Shown here: piece after piece, positions 40,542 through 54,110 of the stretch | Position numbering within the stretch: position 1 is the first letter of the stretch | Layout: each line of letters starts with the position of its first letter | DNA from: Vermamoeba vermiformis | Lineage: Eukaryota | Direction: 5' to 3' | Assembly (NCBI GenBank): GCA_045837725.1 | Contig: JBEWZL010000178.1 | Coordinates: forward strand, 124,001-188,000 | DNA: 64,000 nt | Position numbers and translations under genes: made by a program | Notes under the pieces: generated by a model | Databases searched by the model: none | What the model was told of the DNA's origin: nothing | What the model saw: the letters and a program-made list of their open reading frames with translations, nothing else

Positions 40542-40724
40542 ATGCCTTCTATTGCCTCAAAAAGGATCACCTGCGTAATTCGAGCGGTATTAAGCAGCGA
40601 TTTACACGAAAAAGAAGCCGCCGTTCTCAAGCTGATAGCAACATTAATAAAAATTGTCGAAGCCCACCCATCTAAGCGCCACGACGTCAAGGAATTACTC
40701 TCCAAATTTGGGATTATAAAATGA
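40542..40724 (+). CDS. Possible 60-aa small protein
   Basis: ATG..TGA ORF with a helical-looking sequence and AATAAA downstream; no recognisable family. Confidence 0.25.
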   Translation: MPSIASKRITCVIRAVLSSDLHEKEAAVLKLIATLIKIVEAHPSKRHDVKELLSKFGIIK

Positions 40725-41019
40725 GTTAATCAAGCCTGTACATGGAGGAATAAAGTCACTACTTCATGTCGAAAAAAAAAAACTTTGTTTGAACTTCAAC
40801 GAACGAAAAAAGACAAAATATTTCTTGCTTATTTCGATTGCCCTGCTGAAATCATGGGACACGCCAAGCTGCCGAACCTTTGCAAAGATTTAGAACGGGA
40901 CTCTTTCAAAGAAAGGCTGCCGCGACCCAGTCTCGTTTTAGCATTCTCTTGTTTGTTAACAGCTGAACATCACAGGCAAAAGCGAGCTTTTTTCTTCCTT
41001 GAATGAAAGACCTTTGACA

Positions 41020-44000
41020 ATGGAAGCTAGTGATCAAGCAAATGAAGATCTAACAGTAAGTTGCGAAATTAATCAGAAAAATCGATAGTTGAAAGCGCGA
41101 TTTATTAAATAGACGTATTAAGAATTAATTAATTATAATTATAATTATTTAGAGCTTGCGAACTTTAATTGAGGGTTCAGATCTTGAATCCATTAAAATA
41201 CTTCTTTCACACTACACCACCGAGCAAATAAGAGCGGAATTAGAGCGTATTATAGCAGGAGAAAATCATATATCATTCGTAAGTCTGTTTTAGTCAGATT
41301 AACTGTGATCTAACCATAGAAAATTTAGGCGCTTCGGTTGGGCCATAAAAAAATCGCTACAGAGCTACTTATTCGATCAATTGTAGGGCTTGATCAATGG
41401 TCGTACAACTATGAAGAGTTCTCGTGGTTAAAGCTATTTGGTATGCAGCCATGTTTTATAATTATTACGCGTTGCTAATTCCATTGCTAATTCCACCAAG
41501 AAACCGTCGATAAAAGAGAAACAATATCTCAATTAAAGGATATAATGAAGTATGCAGAGGCTTTTGCAAAGAAGGGTCTGATTGATTTAGAGTCATTACT
41601 CGCAAGACCGAAATTCGTCAAAGTGGCAATTTTACTTGGCGCTCGTCCTAAAGACGGTACGTACAAAATTACTTATTATAATAAATATTAACGAATTATT
41701 ATTTAGAAAAGAGCTTTGGTAAAAAGATTTTGGGCTCAAACTTGGGTGCGGATGCAAGACAACTTTTCATTTGGTTAGTACAAAGCGGGATCTGCAACAA
41801 ATTTCCGTTGCCGCAAGAAGAAATGATTACGCACTTTAAAGCGAGCCATAAGTTTTTCTTGGATGCTTTAAAATCTCATCCGAATTGGATGTCAGGTTCG
41901 AACCGTATAATTTTTAGATCTTAAGAAATGTGAACTAATATGTTTTCTTTTAGAGCAAGATGATGATGGAAATAATATATTTCATTTAGTCCTCAAAAAG
42001 AAGGTGCGACAAAAAAACGGTCCTATTTGGAGAAATCTGTTCGCTCTTGGTTTAACAGATCGAGAAGCGTTAATTAATGCAGTAATTCAACAGTAAGACA
42101 ATATTTAATTGCGAAAAACGAGTATTTCCATGTTAATTATAATAACTATTCTCTACTATTCATTCTTAAATATCGGTGGAGATTTTGGATCTGACTAACA
42201 AATGTTACTCATTTTTAGAAATAAGATAAAAGAAATTCCAGCGCTTTTGTACTTCAAAAGGAAGTATCCCAGAAGTTATCCAAATGAATTCTTAATTGGA
42301 CTGAAGCGTTTGATTGATACAAATCAGATGGAGGCTTTGCAGCAATTTTTTTACAAAGAAGCAAGTATAATCAAGGGAAGTAAGGCAGCTACATTAGTGG
42401 CAATATGCTTTTATTTGCTCCAATGTGGATTTGCCCCAGACAGTGGTGGAAACTTGGCTTGGGTGATTGATCGACAAATCTCGGCTGGTTTTCCTTTTCA
42501 CAAGTTATTCCACTCCAAATGTCTTGGTAAAAACTTTAGAATACCAAAAAAGAAGAAGAAAAAATCCAAAAAATCCACAGAACTGACAAGAATTGAACCA
42601 CTAATGACTGAAGAAGAAACTGGACTTAAGTACTGTTATTTATTGGAAATGCCTCAAGAAATACTGCACATAATCATTGCAAATCTTTCACTTGGAGCTA
42701 TGAACACATTATTCTCGTGCAACAAGATGTTGAATGAGCTTTTCAAAGAATTGATCAACACTGCTGACACTCTTTGGCAAGGAATTTTCCCTTCAAAATA
42801 CGTACGCACAACATACCAAAGAACTATGGGACAATACATCAAGTAAGTCATGACAATATTTTGTGATAACCAATAACGGCAGTTTGATGATGACATCATG
42901 ACATGTCAAACTTCCTTAGCTGTTTTTTGTTTAAGCAAAGTTTGTGGTCAGATATTTGTTGCAAATGTCATGTGAAAAAATTACTGTTGACACGTGTCAT
43001 GTTTGACAAGTGCATTGTAACTTGACTCAACTGATTTTTGCAGCCTTGACTTTACAAAGCCCATTTTGATCTACAATAAGACTTGGACTAACTTTTTGAG
43101 CCTAGTTTGCGTTCACATTGGTACCACAACAAGTACATTGATATTGAGCTGCCATCAAAATATTTGGCAATAACAATGGACGAACATTGGTTATTACTAC
43201 ACGACAACAGGCATTATCATTATTGGAACTGTCATTCACAAGAGTTAACACCAACATCAGTGCCTGCTGTCAAACATCATACACATGTCATGATGAATAA
43301 TTACCACAAGTATTCTGGACCAACAGTTCTCAACGCAAAGGAGTGGACAATAATTCGTGGAAATGAGACATTTGTATTGAACAATATTACGGAGAATATG
43401 AGAACACGTCTTCGTGTGTCGAAAGTCACACCAATTGATCACAAAATGTTAGTGTCTAGTTATACAGGTACAGTGAAACATATCTTAAATTTTTACTTAT
43501 AACTTTACTAATACTGATGCATTAATAATTCAGAAAAATTTCTGTACGACATTGAAAAAGATGCAATCTTGTATTCGCTTCCAGACAAGTTCAATACACA
43601 TTATATGCATGCTGTCTATAACCCGTTTAGGGAAGTAGTCATATTGTTCAGCGATAATACAAGCAGCTCCGAAAAATACATTCTAGATCCACGCAGCAAA
43701 CAAATAGTGCCAATAAGTGAAGGCAAAGCAAAGAGCAATCGTATTCCGAGATTTCAAAACTGCGTTTTTACGGACGAAAATACAGCGTTTTTCACTGAAC
43801 CAAAGTACCAACTGATAGGAGCTGGGTTTATTGATATGCGAACATTGCAGCCAATTTATTCGGCGACTAATTTACTCTCAATAAGTGGTGTAAGTAATTT
43901 TTCAACTTTGCAATTGAATTGATAATTAATGGTATTTTGGTTAGGCACAAATATTTACTAGCGACAGAGTGATATTTACGGCACATGACGCACCAATTAT

Positions 44001-44148
44001 GTCTTCGTGGAATGTATCATCGCAAAAGATCGAGTGGATGGAGGTTATTGAAGAGTACTGCCCCGTTGCAGCTAATGCAAGATATTTGGTCGGAACTAAA
44101 TTATCCGGATCGCAAGCCGGCGTTTTTATTCGAGACTATTCCATGTAG
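41020..44148 (+). CDS. Ankyrin-like repeats plus F-box plus beta-rich C-terminal domain; multi-exon
   Basis: ENHISFALRLGHKKIATELL and DDDGNNIFHL (ankyrin-like); LLEMPQEILHIIIANLS (F-box). Confidence 0.7.
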
Positions 44149-44411
44149 CCTAAAACAAACCAATTTTACTATCATTTATAAATTCTCGATAACAGTAACA
44201 ATATGTGATAATTTTGTAAGTTATTAAGTTCAGACCGATCTACGTGTGAGTTCGGTTATTAAATCGTACGATTAAAGATATTTATCCAAAGAATGTTTTT
44301 TATTCTTTTTTTGACCCAATTACTTGATTATAGAGTCGATTAGTAACAATAAAAAATACACTGTCGCTATTAACGGCAACAAATACGACAACTTTTCCGC
44401 AAGACTATTTT

Positions 44412-47400
44412 TTACGAATCAGTCTCGCTTGAGCTGTGTTGCGTTATTTCGTGATGCCTCTCGAGCAACGGAATCAACGCCTTATTGTCCGTAGCAGCCG
44501 ACACCAACCATGGGTGCTAAAAATAGATCGGAGTTAGTGACACGTGTCAAAGTGAAGCCTCCGAAAAATGTGTACCTGAATGAGCTCGTGACTTGTAGGA
44601 CGCGAGCCAGGTTTCATGTTCAAACATTTGCCCAAGAAATCTCGGAACTGTTCACTGAACCGCTCGGGCTCTTTCAATGGCGGAACACCCTTCTTGCTGA
44701 TCTCAACCAGGGCTTTTAACATGGGCAGTTCCATCAATGGTGGATCTCCTTCGGCCATTTCCATAATAAGAATGCCTAATGACCAAATATCGACTTTACT
44801 GTCGTACTTTTTGCCTCGAATAAGTTCGGGAGCCATCCTTTGATCGAGTTGTTAGGACTTCCAAAAAAGGATATTTTCAAAAAATCCGCTGCTTACCAAT
44901 AGGGCGTGCCTAGCGTTGTCTTTCGCTTTTGTTTTTGTTTTGTTAATTGTGCGGCAAAGCCAAAATCAGCTACGCAAAAGTAGGGTCAAACCGAGATCCA
45001 AATTTCAGATCCTGCATTTAAAACTTACCAATTTTAACGACACCATTGTTGCCCAATAAAATATTGTCACTCTTAATATCACGGTGGATGCGCAGCTTTT
45101 CATGAATGTGACAAAGACCTCGCAACACGTTAAGTGTCACCCACTTCATTTGCGCTTCGGTCATCGGGTTCTGTGAATGTTGTTCCAAAATCTCCGCGAG
45201 GGATCCTAAAAAAGGAAATATTTAGTTGCCATGGCCGACGGGTACGATAAATTTTCGCAAAGATTGGGCAGGTTGATTGCCTTATAAGGAAAGTACGGTT
45301 CATGAAACATACCTGCAGACATGTACTCCATAACGACCCACAAATAATCGCCTTTCAAATAGGAGTCAATATATTTGACAATATTGACGTGACGACTAGT
45401 CTTCATAATATAAATTTCTGCAGCCAATTCGTCCAACTTTTGATTTTTCAAATTGACCTTCTTAATCGCAACTTTTTCATTCGTGCGAATATCAATCGCT
45501 AAAAATACAACACCACCAGAACTAGCGGAAAAATTACATTAGATTATGATTTCCTTATTTGGTAATGTTACGTACCCTTCACCAATCTCGTGGCCAATAA
45601 CGCGGTAAATGTCATCGACGTTTTGTTTCTTGTTAACCAACGGATCTGCCATACAAGACGGTTAATGACACGTGTCAAATTATAAAGTCTCGTTGACATA
45701 GAATAATTGCAAAGCTTACCGATAGTCGTTGGAACTTCTTTATCATCGGGAATCATTTCCGCAATTCTTCGTCTTCGTTTTTCATCCATCGATCGCAAAA
45801 TATCTAAAATAACATCCGTGTGCTCCATTAGTTCCGCTTTAGGAATACCACTTTCGTTAATAATTTTTTCCCATTCTGGCGGCAATTTAACACCGGCAAA
45901 ACCGATTGTAGTGAAAATATCTCGATTGACACCAGCTGTGTGCACGACACCTGTGGGACCACTGATTTCTTTGATTTGGCCTGTAACATAATTAACGACA
46001 TTAGATCCAGTTCAGCGGACATAAAAGAAAAATTTTCTGATTAATTTTTCATAAAATCGAACCAAAATTGAATTATTTAGGATTAGTTCAATTAATATTG
46101 ATTAATATTTGGGTTAAATTAAGGAAAAAATATTGTTACGGTTCATACCTTTCTTTTTCTTCTTGAAAATTCCAACCAATAATCTGTCCAATGATTTTTT
46201 CTCGCCGCTCTTGGCCGACTGTTTGTCAATGTCGTCTAGTGTTGGCCGTTCGATCAAAAATTTATTCATTTTATCTTTAATCGCGCCTTTTTGCTCGACG
46301 ATAGAATCGTATGAGACCGACTAGTTTCAACCAATTAGTATACCTTAGTAATTGATAACCATATATAGTATTATAATAGTATACTTACGGCCTCGGGCTG
46401 AGTATTTGTGTTGGTTCCTGAAGATGAGGATTGCAATACAGATCCAGACTTGACGCGTGTATCAACGGCTCCGCCCGATGCTGATCGCTTCAAATCATCA
46501 GTGGTGTTGGTATTATTTATAGTGTTAGAGCTGGGTCCGCTGTTCTTTCGTTCAACTTTATCTTTACTGCTGTCAATCGCTTTGTCTTTATCGCCCTTTG
46601 AATTCTCTCGACTCTTCAACTTTTTTCTTTCTTTGTCTGGATCCAACAAAACATTAACCTCTCTATAATACTATACTATGATATCAATATATTACCGTGC
46701 TCTTTATCCTTTTCTTTGTCCTTTCGTTTCTTGCGACTAGATCCGGGTGTACTCGGGGTTTCAGATATCGGTGACACGTCACGTGGTGTAGCTGTTTTGG
46801 GCGGAGGTGGCAGAGGTAACACGTCTGTCGGGGGTGGTGGCAAAAATGAAGCTGGTGGCAGTGGCAATTTGACTGTCTCTCGTGGCGAGGGTCCAGCAGA
46901 TCGAGGTGAAGGCGATGGCGAAGGACCGGGAAGCACTAAATATGGACGATAAATAATATAGCCGACATTATATTAACATAATTATGTAATAAGCAATTTT
47001 GTAAAGCCTAATAATTCGGATCTAAATTTTAATTGATTTCACTAGCCGGAACAATTATTCCTCAGATCTTAAGTGTCGGAGTGAACTTACCTTCACCAAG
47101 TGGAGGCAATTTAGCGCCAGGAGGAGGAGGCAGATTTAATGGTGGCGCTATTGTGCCCGGTGGAGCAGATCTACGTGAAGAAACTTCGACGTTTGGTGGT
47201 GGAAGGCCTAAACATTATAAATTATTAGCGCAGTCCTCTATATTGCTAGAATAAGGTGCATATAGAGCCTTGCATATCGAGTTAATTTTTTTGGAGCTGG
47301 TCTAAGCTCATGTAAAGCAAAATCAGTGCTCGATCTAAAATTTAATTAATTTGCACACCTTCTAAAACAAGTACATTTTAATTCCGCATTACGAATAAAT

Positions 47401-47928
47401 TGTGGTACGTTAATAGGGTTAATCTCGGGTTAAAGCAATTAGCCGCCAAGGCGCCGATCAAAAACGAAATTTAAACTGATACGGTATCATCAGAATTTTA
47501 GTAGCAAAATACATGTGAATTATATTTATAGCCATATTACCTGTTGGCGAGGTGGATAAAGAGGTTGCGCTCTTTTCAGCAGGAGCGGTTGGGATTTTGA
47601 AAGAGCTGTTACTTGAAGCACTTTGTACCTTATCATTAGATAATTTGAAGTCATCAGAAACACTTGTTGAAGATCCAGCTTTTGAAGGAGCTCGTTTTCT
47701 AGACTCTTTTTTGACGTAAGTGCACGGAAACCATCCGATCTTTCCTTTGCATTCTCCTCGAGCCCAGCCCTTTGGATCACGTTCTCCTTGATATACAATA
47801 GTATCTCCAGCTGTAAGTGGGAGCTGATCTCGATTTGAGCCATCTGGAGTGAAATTGAACAAGGCAATAAGTTTAACGCCCGTTTTTAATTTCTCCCAGT
47901 TGATTTTGGAGTTTGTAGGTGTTGACAT
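44412..47928 (-). CDS. STE20/PAK-family kinase with N-terminal SH3, Pro-rich linker and CRIB-like motif; multi-exon
   Basis: SH3 ALFNF...GWARG...GWFPCTYV; ISGPTGVVH; IHRDIKSDNILL; GTPYWMAPE. Confidence 0.92.
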
Positions 47929-48322
47929 GGTCTTATTAATCGATATAATACACTGCTGGAATTATTTAAATTATTTAATAACGCGGAGCTGGATTTTGTT
48001 GGGTCTTTTTTTTTTGGTTTTTCTGTTGACTAGACTGCAGTAATAAATACAAATAACAATAAATAAATAAATAAATACCACACTACCGTGCCTTTATGTG
48101 GTATTCAGTGTATTAATTTCGTTCTAATGCAATTTTTTCCGCCTGGGAGATTAACGGGGAGAACAAAATCTGGCACTTTTGCAATTTTCAGTTCTATTTC
48201 GGCTATTTGCACTGTACACCACCTCGCAAATATTTATTATGCAACGTGGTCGTATTGCTTCTCTAAATCGTGCATTTTGAAAGTAGATTTACCGTCGGCA
48301 ATTAAATCTGACGAATCCAGCG

Positions 48323-49173
48323 ATGCAAGTGCCAAATCATACATTACAAAATGGTCATGACCAGCCAGTAGCAAATAATAATATACCACAGCGGAAAAGA
48401 GGTGCCGCTATAGAAGTTTACGGATTCGTTGGTTGGATTGCCAGCTTCGTCGCTTATGGTAATTAAAATCATTATTACTACTATATTCGTAGCAGTATAT
48501 AACATTCTAATATTATTTTAGTTGTATTTATTGCCTGGGCATTTTTACCAGATTCGGTTTTGCAACCTCTTGGCATCACTTACTATCCAGACAGGTAATT
48601 ATTTTTATTTAATGGAAAATTAAATGATAATTTTTTTGGTTGAATTATGCAAATTATTTTGCAGCTTCACTGACGTCGCCAATTTTTTTCAAATTGGATC
48701 TGTTTACAAAATGTTTACTTCATTATGATTGACGCAATTTTTATTGATGCAATTTTACTTAGATATTGGGCTATTGCTATTCCAGTCTGGATCATGGTTT
48801 TTGGCGCCTTTGCCGTTATTTTTTACTTCGGAATCAATTTGACGAACACAGAGCCTTTAAATTCGATCTATACAGTCGTGGGTAAGTGCAATATATCAAT
48901 AGCGTACTATGTTAGAATTTATGTGGCTCTATAATTCATACAAAGCGATTTTGAAATTTTCGGCTTCGTATCCGAATCTGACTTGCAATTTCAGATGAAC
49001 ATTCGAGAAGTATACAACACGAGAGAAATCCTCCACCTGGAAGTATTCCGGCAACGGTTGATATTCCAGTGACTGTAGTTAACGAGCTGATGTTTATGCG
49101 TCGCCCGAATCTGACAATGCGACGTGTTAAAAGTACACCTATGCTTATGCCTGATGGAGATGATCTCGATTAA
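48323..49173 (+). CDS. PIGP: GPI-GlcNAc transferase subunit PIG-P; multi-exon
   Basis: EVYGFVGW, WAFLPD, LGITYYPDRYWAIAIP, DIPVTVVNELMF. Confidence 0.92.
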
Positions 49174-49453
49174 TAAGAAGGCACGTGCATATTCACGTTA
49201 GTTTGCAGCTAGCCAATTTTTCAGATCAAGTTCTTGATCAGATTTGGAGCGATACACGACGGTTAGTCTTCGGCTTTTAACGAAGTATCAGTAAGACAAA
49301 TCAACATTGCAGTTTAATTTTGCTTCGCAATCAATAAAAGCTCCAGAACTAGTTCTGTTCGGATCATGCCAGTACGTTGCTTTAAAAATGAATTATTTGT
49401 AGAGCTTGAAGGAAGGAAAGTTTATGAACGAATGGCGTACAGATTGAATACGA

Positions 49454-51022
49454 TTAAATAAGAAGAGATAGAACAAAAGCGAATGACATAGTGAGGACTG
49501 TTGGAAGAACAGCTGAGCTGGCAGAAACGATCTGACCGCTTTGATTCAACGAGGGCAAATCAACCGTAGCATTAGCTCTGCATCCTTGTGCATCAATAGC
49601 AACGACTGTAGCGCCGTTATCGAATGCAGCCGAGAGATTATCTCCGTTCAAGATCCACTCGTACTTGTACTCTCCGTAGCCACCCGTAGCCGAAGCCTGG
49701 AAATTTCCACTATTTTGAACCGTAACAGCCAAGTTCTCTTGTGGGGCTTTAGCAGTAAACGAATGAGATTTCGTGCCGCAAACAGCTGTGCGTTCCCAAG
49801 ATACTTCGTAAGTGCCACCAACGAGTTCCAACGAAATTTCGCCAGATTGAGGCACAGGAACATTTCCAACGGTTGAGAGGGTCAAGTTGAGACCAACAGT
49901 GTTAGTTCTGAAGGTAATTTGAGCTGGAGTCACGCAAGTAGTTTCAGAAACGACGTCGAAAACGGCACCGCACAGATCCCAGTTGAAGATTTGCGGAATA
50001 ATCGCCGCATCCAAGTTCTGGAAGATTTCAAGTGGTTGTTGCACGATCCTTTTGACGCCATTGACTGCCTCTGGAGCAGATCGAAATTGACTCAAGATGT
50101 GCATGATAGAAACTCGCTTGCCTAATAATAAAAGTATTCTTTAGCAACAATATCTAAGTGGATTGATTATGAACCAAAATTATGAATTCCTTTGCGAGGA
50201 GATCAACGACCCATAAAAGGAAATTGTTGGTTCATGAAACGTACCTGCACCCAACGCATTAACGTTGAACCTCCAAGATAATGCATCACTGAAAAACCTC
50301 GTGTTGCTCGGTAGTCCTCCTCCTTGGCCTGCAAAGTTCATGCCAAAAGGCGTATCATTGGTTCCGTTCCCGCCATCCGAACTAAAAAAAATTTTTAGAA
50401 CGCTTTTAACTAAGCATGATTGGCTTACCTTGCAATGTAATAGGCAGATTGGGCTTCGAAGACGGTTTCTATATCAGAACCAAGGTTGCCTTCATAAAAC
50501 ACTGTCAGATTTTGTGATTCCTCGCTACTGTGCCCGATGGTGTCAATAACCCGGATCCAATTCGCATCTAGTGCAAAAAAAGTTAGCATATATTAAGCCA
50601 TGTATATTTTACGTACTTATAGGAGCGTAGAAACTGCGAGTTACATTGAGCACGGTGGTTTGTACGTTAATGGAGTGGTAGTACTCGACATAAGCGTAGG
50701 GATTTTCAGTGTCGTTGATATGGTCCAAGTCGCAGTGCACTCCAACAGCAGTGCTAAGTGAATTGCCGTAATCGCCATATTCATTCACTTGAGTGGTAAA
50801 TCGCAAGAATCCGTCGAACGTGTCGCTAGTACCATCGTTAAAACCATCGCTAATGAGATTATAGTCCCATCTCATGGCAAGATAGCGATTGGCATCGGGA
50901 ACGTAGTCGTTGTAGAACGTGAATTGAGTTGCGTTGCAAATAAACGGCAGCGGGATCGCTGACTGGATCTGGCTTATGTAAGTCAAAGTGACGCAAATAG
51001 CAAGAAGGGTTCTAATAGACAT
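49454..51022 (-). CDS. Secreted, probably GPI-anchored surface protein; multi-exon
   Basis: Signal peptide, SprB-like ATGGYGEYKYEW...DAQGC segment, small-residue site followed by a hydrophobic C-terminus. Confidence 0.7.
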
Positions 51023-52220
51023 GAGTTAATGAGTTGCAAATGTATACTTGATAATGAATTTCACGTTGCGATATCGCTGGCTTTTTGTTTGTTTCGTTTT
51101 TGCACATGAAATGTGAATTTTTATGATAACGGTTCTTCGAAGCAGAACTCACATTGACAAGTCTCGGTGACATTTTGACACCGTACACGTGCATGAAATC
51201 GTCGGATTGGTCCACTGCCTGGGGATAGGAAACCGATGTCCTATTAGCTGCGTTAGTTTTGCATTCGTGAGTAGGATCCGGCACCCGCAATTAATAGCTT
51301 TACCTCAAAGGGAGGAAACAATACGCTCTTGAGAGAACACTCACTGTGATCTGGGTAGTTATACTAACTAGTATACGATGGCTTGATTCGTGTAGGTAGT
51401 GTTCAAACCTTGTAACGACTAGTAGTCATTTGGCTTGTTTCGTTTTTCAACGGCAACAAGCACAAACGGAGAAACAAAATGAGCGAGCACAAATCTTCTA
51501 GTTTTCGGCTCTTTTGGAGGCTAGGTTCGGTACTGCGGGAGATGAGCTCAAGCCCTGATCTGCCTAGCATCAGTATGTGAAAAATTTAATATTATTCGTA
51601 ATAATATATATATGTTATTTAAGATTTATTATTATGCTCTAAAATAACCAATTTTAACAAAATTTAATCGAAACGAACAAAATAATTAATCTACGGTGGA
51701 AGTAATACGAATAACTACGGCTCGAATACTAATACTATAATTATTACGTAATTTGCTAGATAATAATTCTTTTGTTTTTTCGGTTTATGCTTTACCTCGA
51801 AGATCTTGATTTTAATTAACTCTCCATAAATGCTTACAACTTTTTTCATATCAAACAAAACGCTGCGTTGTGGATGAACAGCCAAGGCATTACGCAATTG
51901 ATCCAATTTGTTTAATAGACTTGCGTTCTGTGGTAGCTGTTCTGTTTTCATCAGTCGTTTAGTGACATGACAGTTTCAGAAACGTTAATGGAGAAAGAGA
52001 TAGTAACGAAAAGAGTAAGGCATTGGAAGTTCAATACAGATCCTACAGATTGTTCCTTCTTATTGTAACCGTAAGGTTCGCTCTAATTGGTGAAACTGAC
52101 TAACGAGACCACCTTTGGTAGATCGCAGGGAGCACAACGTGTCCCATAAGCTAAGCCCAAAAAGGTCTTGGATCTTTTATTTGAACTTTGATCACGCACT
52201 TAAACAACACAACTCATTCC

Positions 52221-54110
52221 ATGGAATTATTTGAAGCAAGACGCGAGGGATATATCCAAGCGCTTAAGGATCTCCATAATGATGGCATTCTGCCGATAGA
52301 GGAGCTCAAAAAGCGCGAGGCAGAACAGATGGCGGTAAGCATAGTACCACCAAAAAAAACCTTATACAGTTTGACATAGAAATTAGCTAATTATACATCA
52401 TTTAAACTCTATAGATATCGTTAAACAAATTATTGATTTATTTTCGTGGTATTTTTTAATGTAATTGCTAACGCCTTTAGAAACAATATACCAGTCCATT
52501 TCAACATACAAGTCCATTTGCTAGTACGATCTTTGGCAGCACAACCATGTTTGGTGGACAGACGAGTGACAATTCTCCGTTTGGCGGATCGACGTCGTCT
52601 ACTATTACTTTTGCAACGGATCTCAACCCTAATCCCTCATCGTTTGATCTTCGTGCAACTTCCAACACCTCCACATTTGGCTCTTCGTTGAATAGCACTA
52701 TCGAAAACGCGGCCCCGACGTTCGGTTTCGGTTTACCTAGCGCTCCTACATCCGGATCTGTTGAGCTCAACAAAGGTCAGATATCGTTATAACGATTTAT
52801 TACACAATATTAGAGATTACTTTCGTCAAATTGATTTATTATTTTGCACCAGGTGTCCCGGATGAAGTCGATAAATTAGCCGCACAAGTCCAATCAAGCT
52901 CATTAGGAGCGTCAGACTTTGTTATGGGAAGCAGCCAATTCGGTGACACAATCCCATCATTCAAAATTACCGTTGTGGGTGACGGCGGTGTTGGCAAAAC
53001 AGTGTGGGTCGATCGCCTGCGCACCGGCGAATTTGAAAAAAAATACATCGGTAAGTTGCAAATTATTTTGGTTGTTGCTCTACGTAGAGTATGATAGTTC
53101 GTATCGACTGAGAGAGATAATAATATAATCAATATTGTCGTTCCTTTTACGTAACAGTTGTTTTTAAAACCAATTCATAAGTTTAAATTAATGGATCCGG
53201 TGAACTTGGAAATTCAAATAATAACACCAACAGTATTATATAAGAGTTTTTAACTCGCGATTAATTAGTTTAATAGCCACCATCGGAGTATCAGTGCAGT
53301 CGTTGAAGTTAAATACGAGTTTGGGTCCTGTAAACCTTAACGTGTGGGATGTAGCAGGACAAGAGAAGTTCGGTGGAATTCGAGACGGCTATTAGTAAGC
53401 ATAATCGTAATACACGAATAATTTACTGGCTAAAAAACGTGTTGGATCCGCTTTGTGAAACTTAATCAACCAAATTTAACAAATGGCGACATTTTTTATT
53501 ATTACCATTATTAGTAATATTAATGTTTTATTTAGTATTCAGTCTCACGGTTTTGTCATTATGTTTGATGTAACAAGCAGACTGACGTACAAAAACGTTC
53601 CAAACTGGTACACAGAAATACGAAAAGAGAATCATCATCAACCAATTGTACTGGTTGGCAACAAAGTTGACGTTAGGGAGCGCATGGTGCAGGCAAAAAC
53701 CATAAATTTTCATCGCAAAAAAGTAAGTTAAAGTTCTTATTTTATTCGGATCTGGTCTTTATTTTTGTTTGCAAAACATATCAACAAGGCGCCCAGTATT
53801 AACACGAATATATATACTTAGAATTTGCAGTACTATGAACTGTCAGTGAAGAGTTGTTATAACATTGAAAAGCCATTTTTGCACTTGCTACGAGTACTAA
53901 CTGCGTAAGTCTCTTACTTTTATTCCAAGTAATATTTACTAATGCTATTCAAATAGAGATCCAAATTTAGTATTTGTGAGTGCTAATAAAGAAAGCTCTG
54001 CAGAACAGCCACCGACGATTAACATCTCCAAGGAAGACATTGCTAAGTATGAAGCTGAATTGGAACAAGCTGCGTCGACACGACTTCCTGATGCAGATGA
54101 GGACTTGTAA
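52221..54110 (+). CDS. Ran-like GTPase with N-terminal SHOCT-like helix and FG-repeat extension; 7 exons
   Basis: [42 protein letters not shown], acidic tail PDADEDL; upstream exons splice in frame. Confidence 0.9.

Noticed and set aside
44860-44880. ATATCCTT U12-type donor-like sequence (also ~58540)
   Set aside because: Internal to a normal GT-AG intron or to an exon, not at a junction.
48323-51022. Functional clustering of PIG-P with a GPI-anchored-like gene, or of importin alpha with the Ran-like gene
   Set aside because: No evidence beyond proximity in a gene-dense genome.
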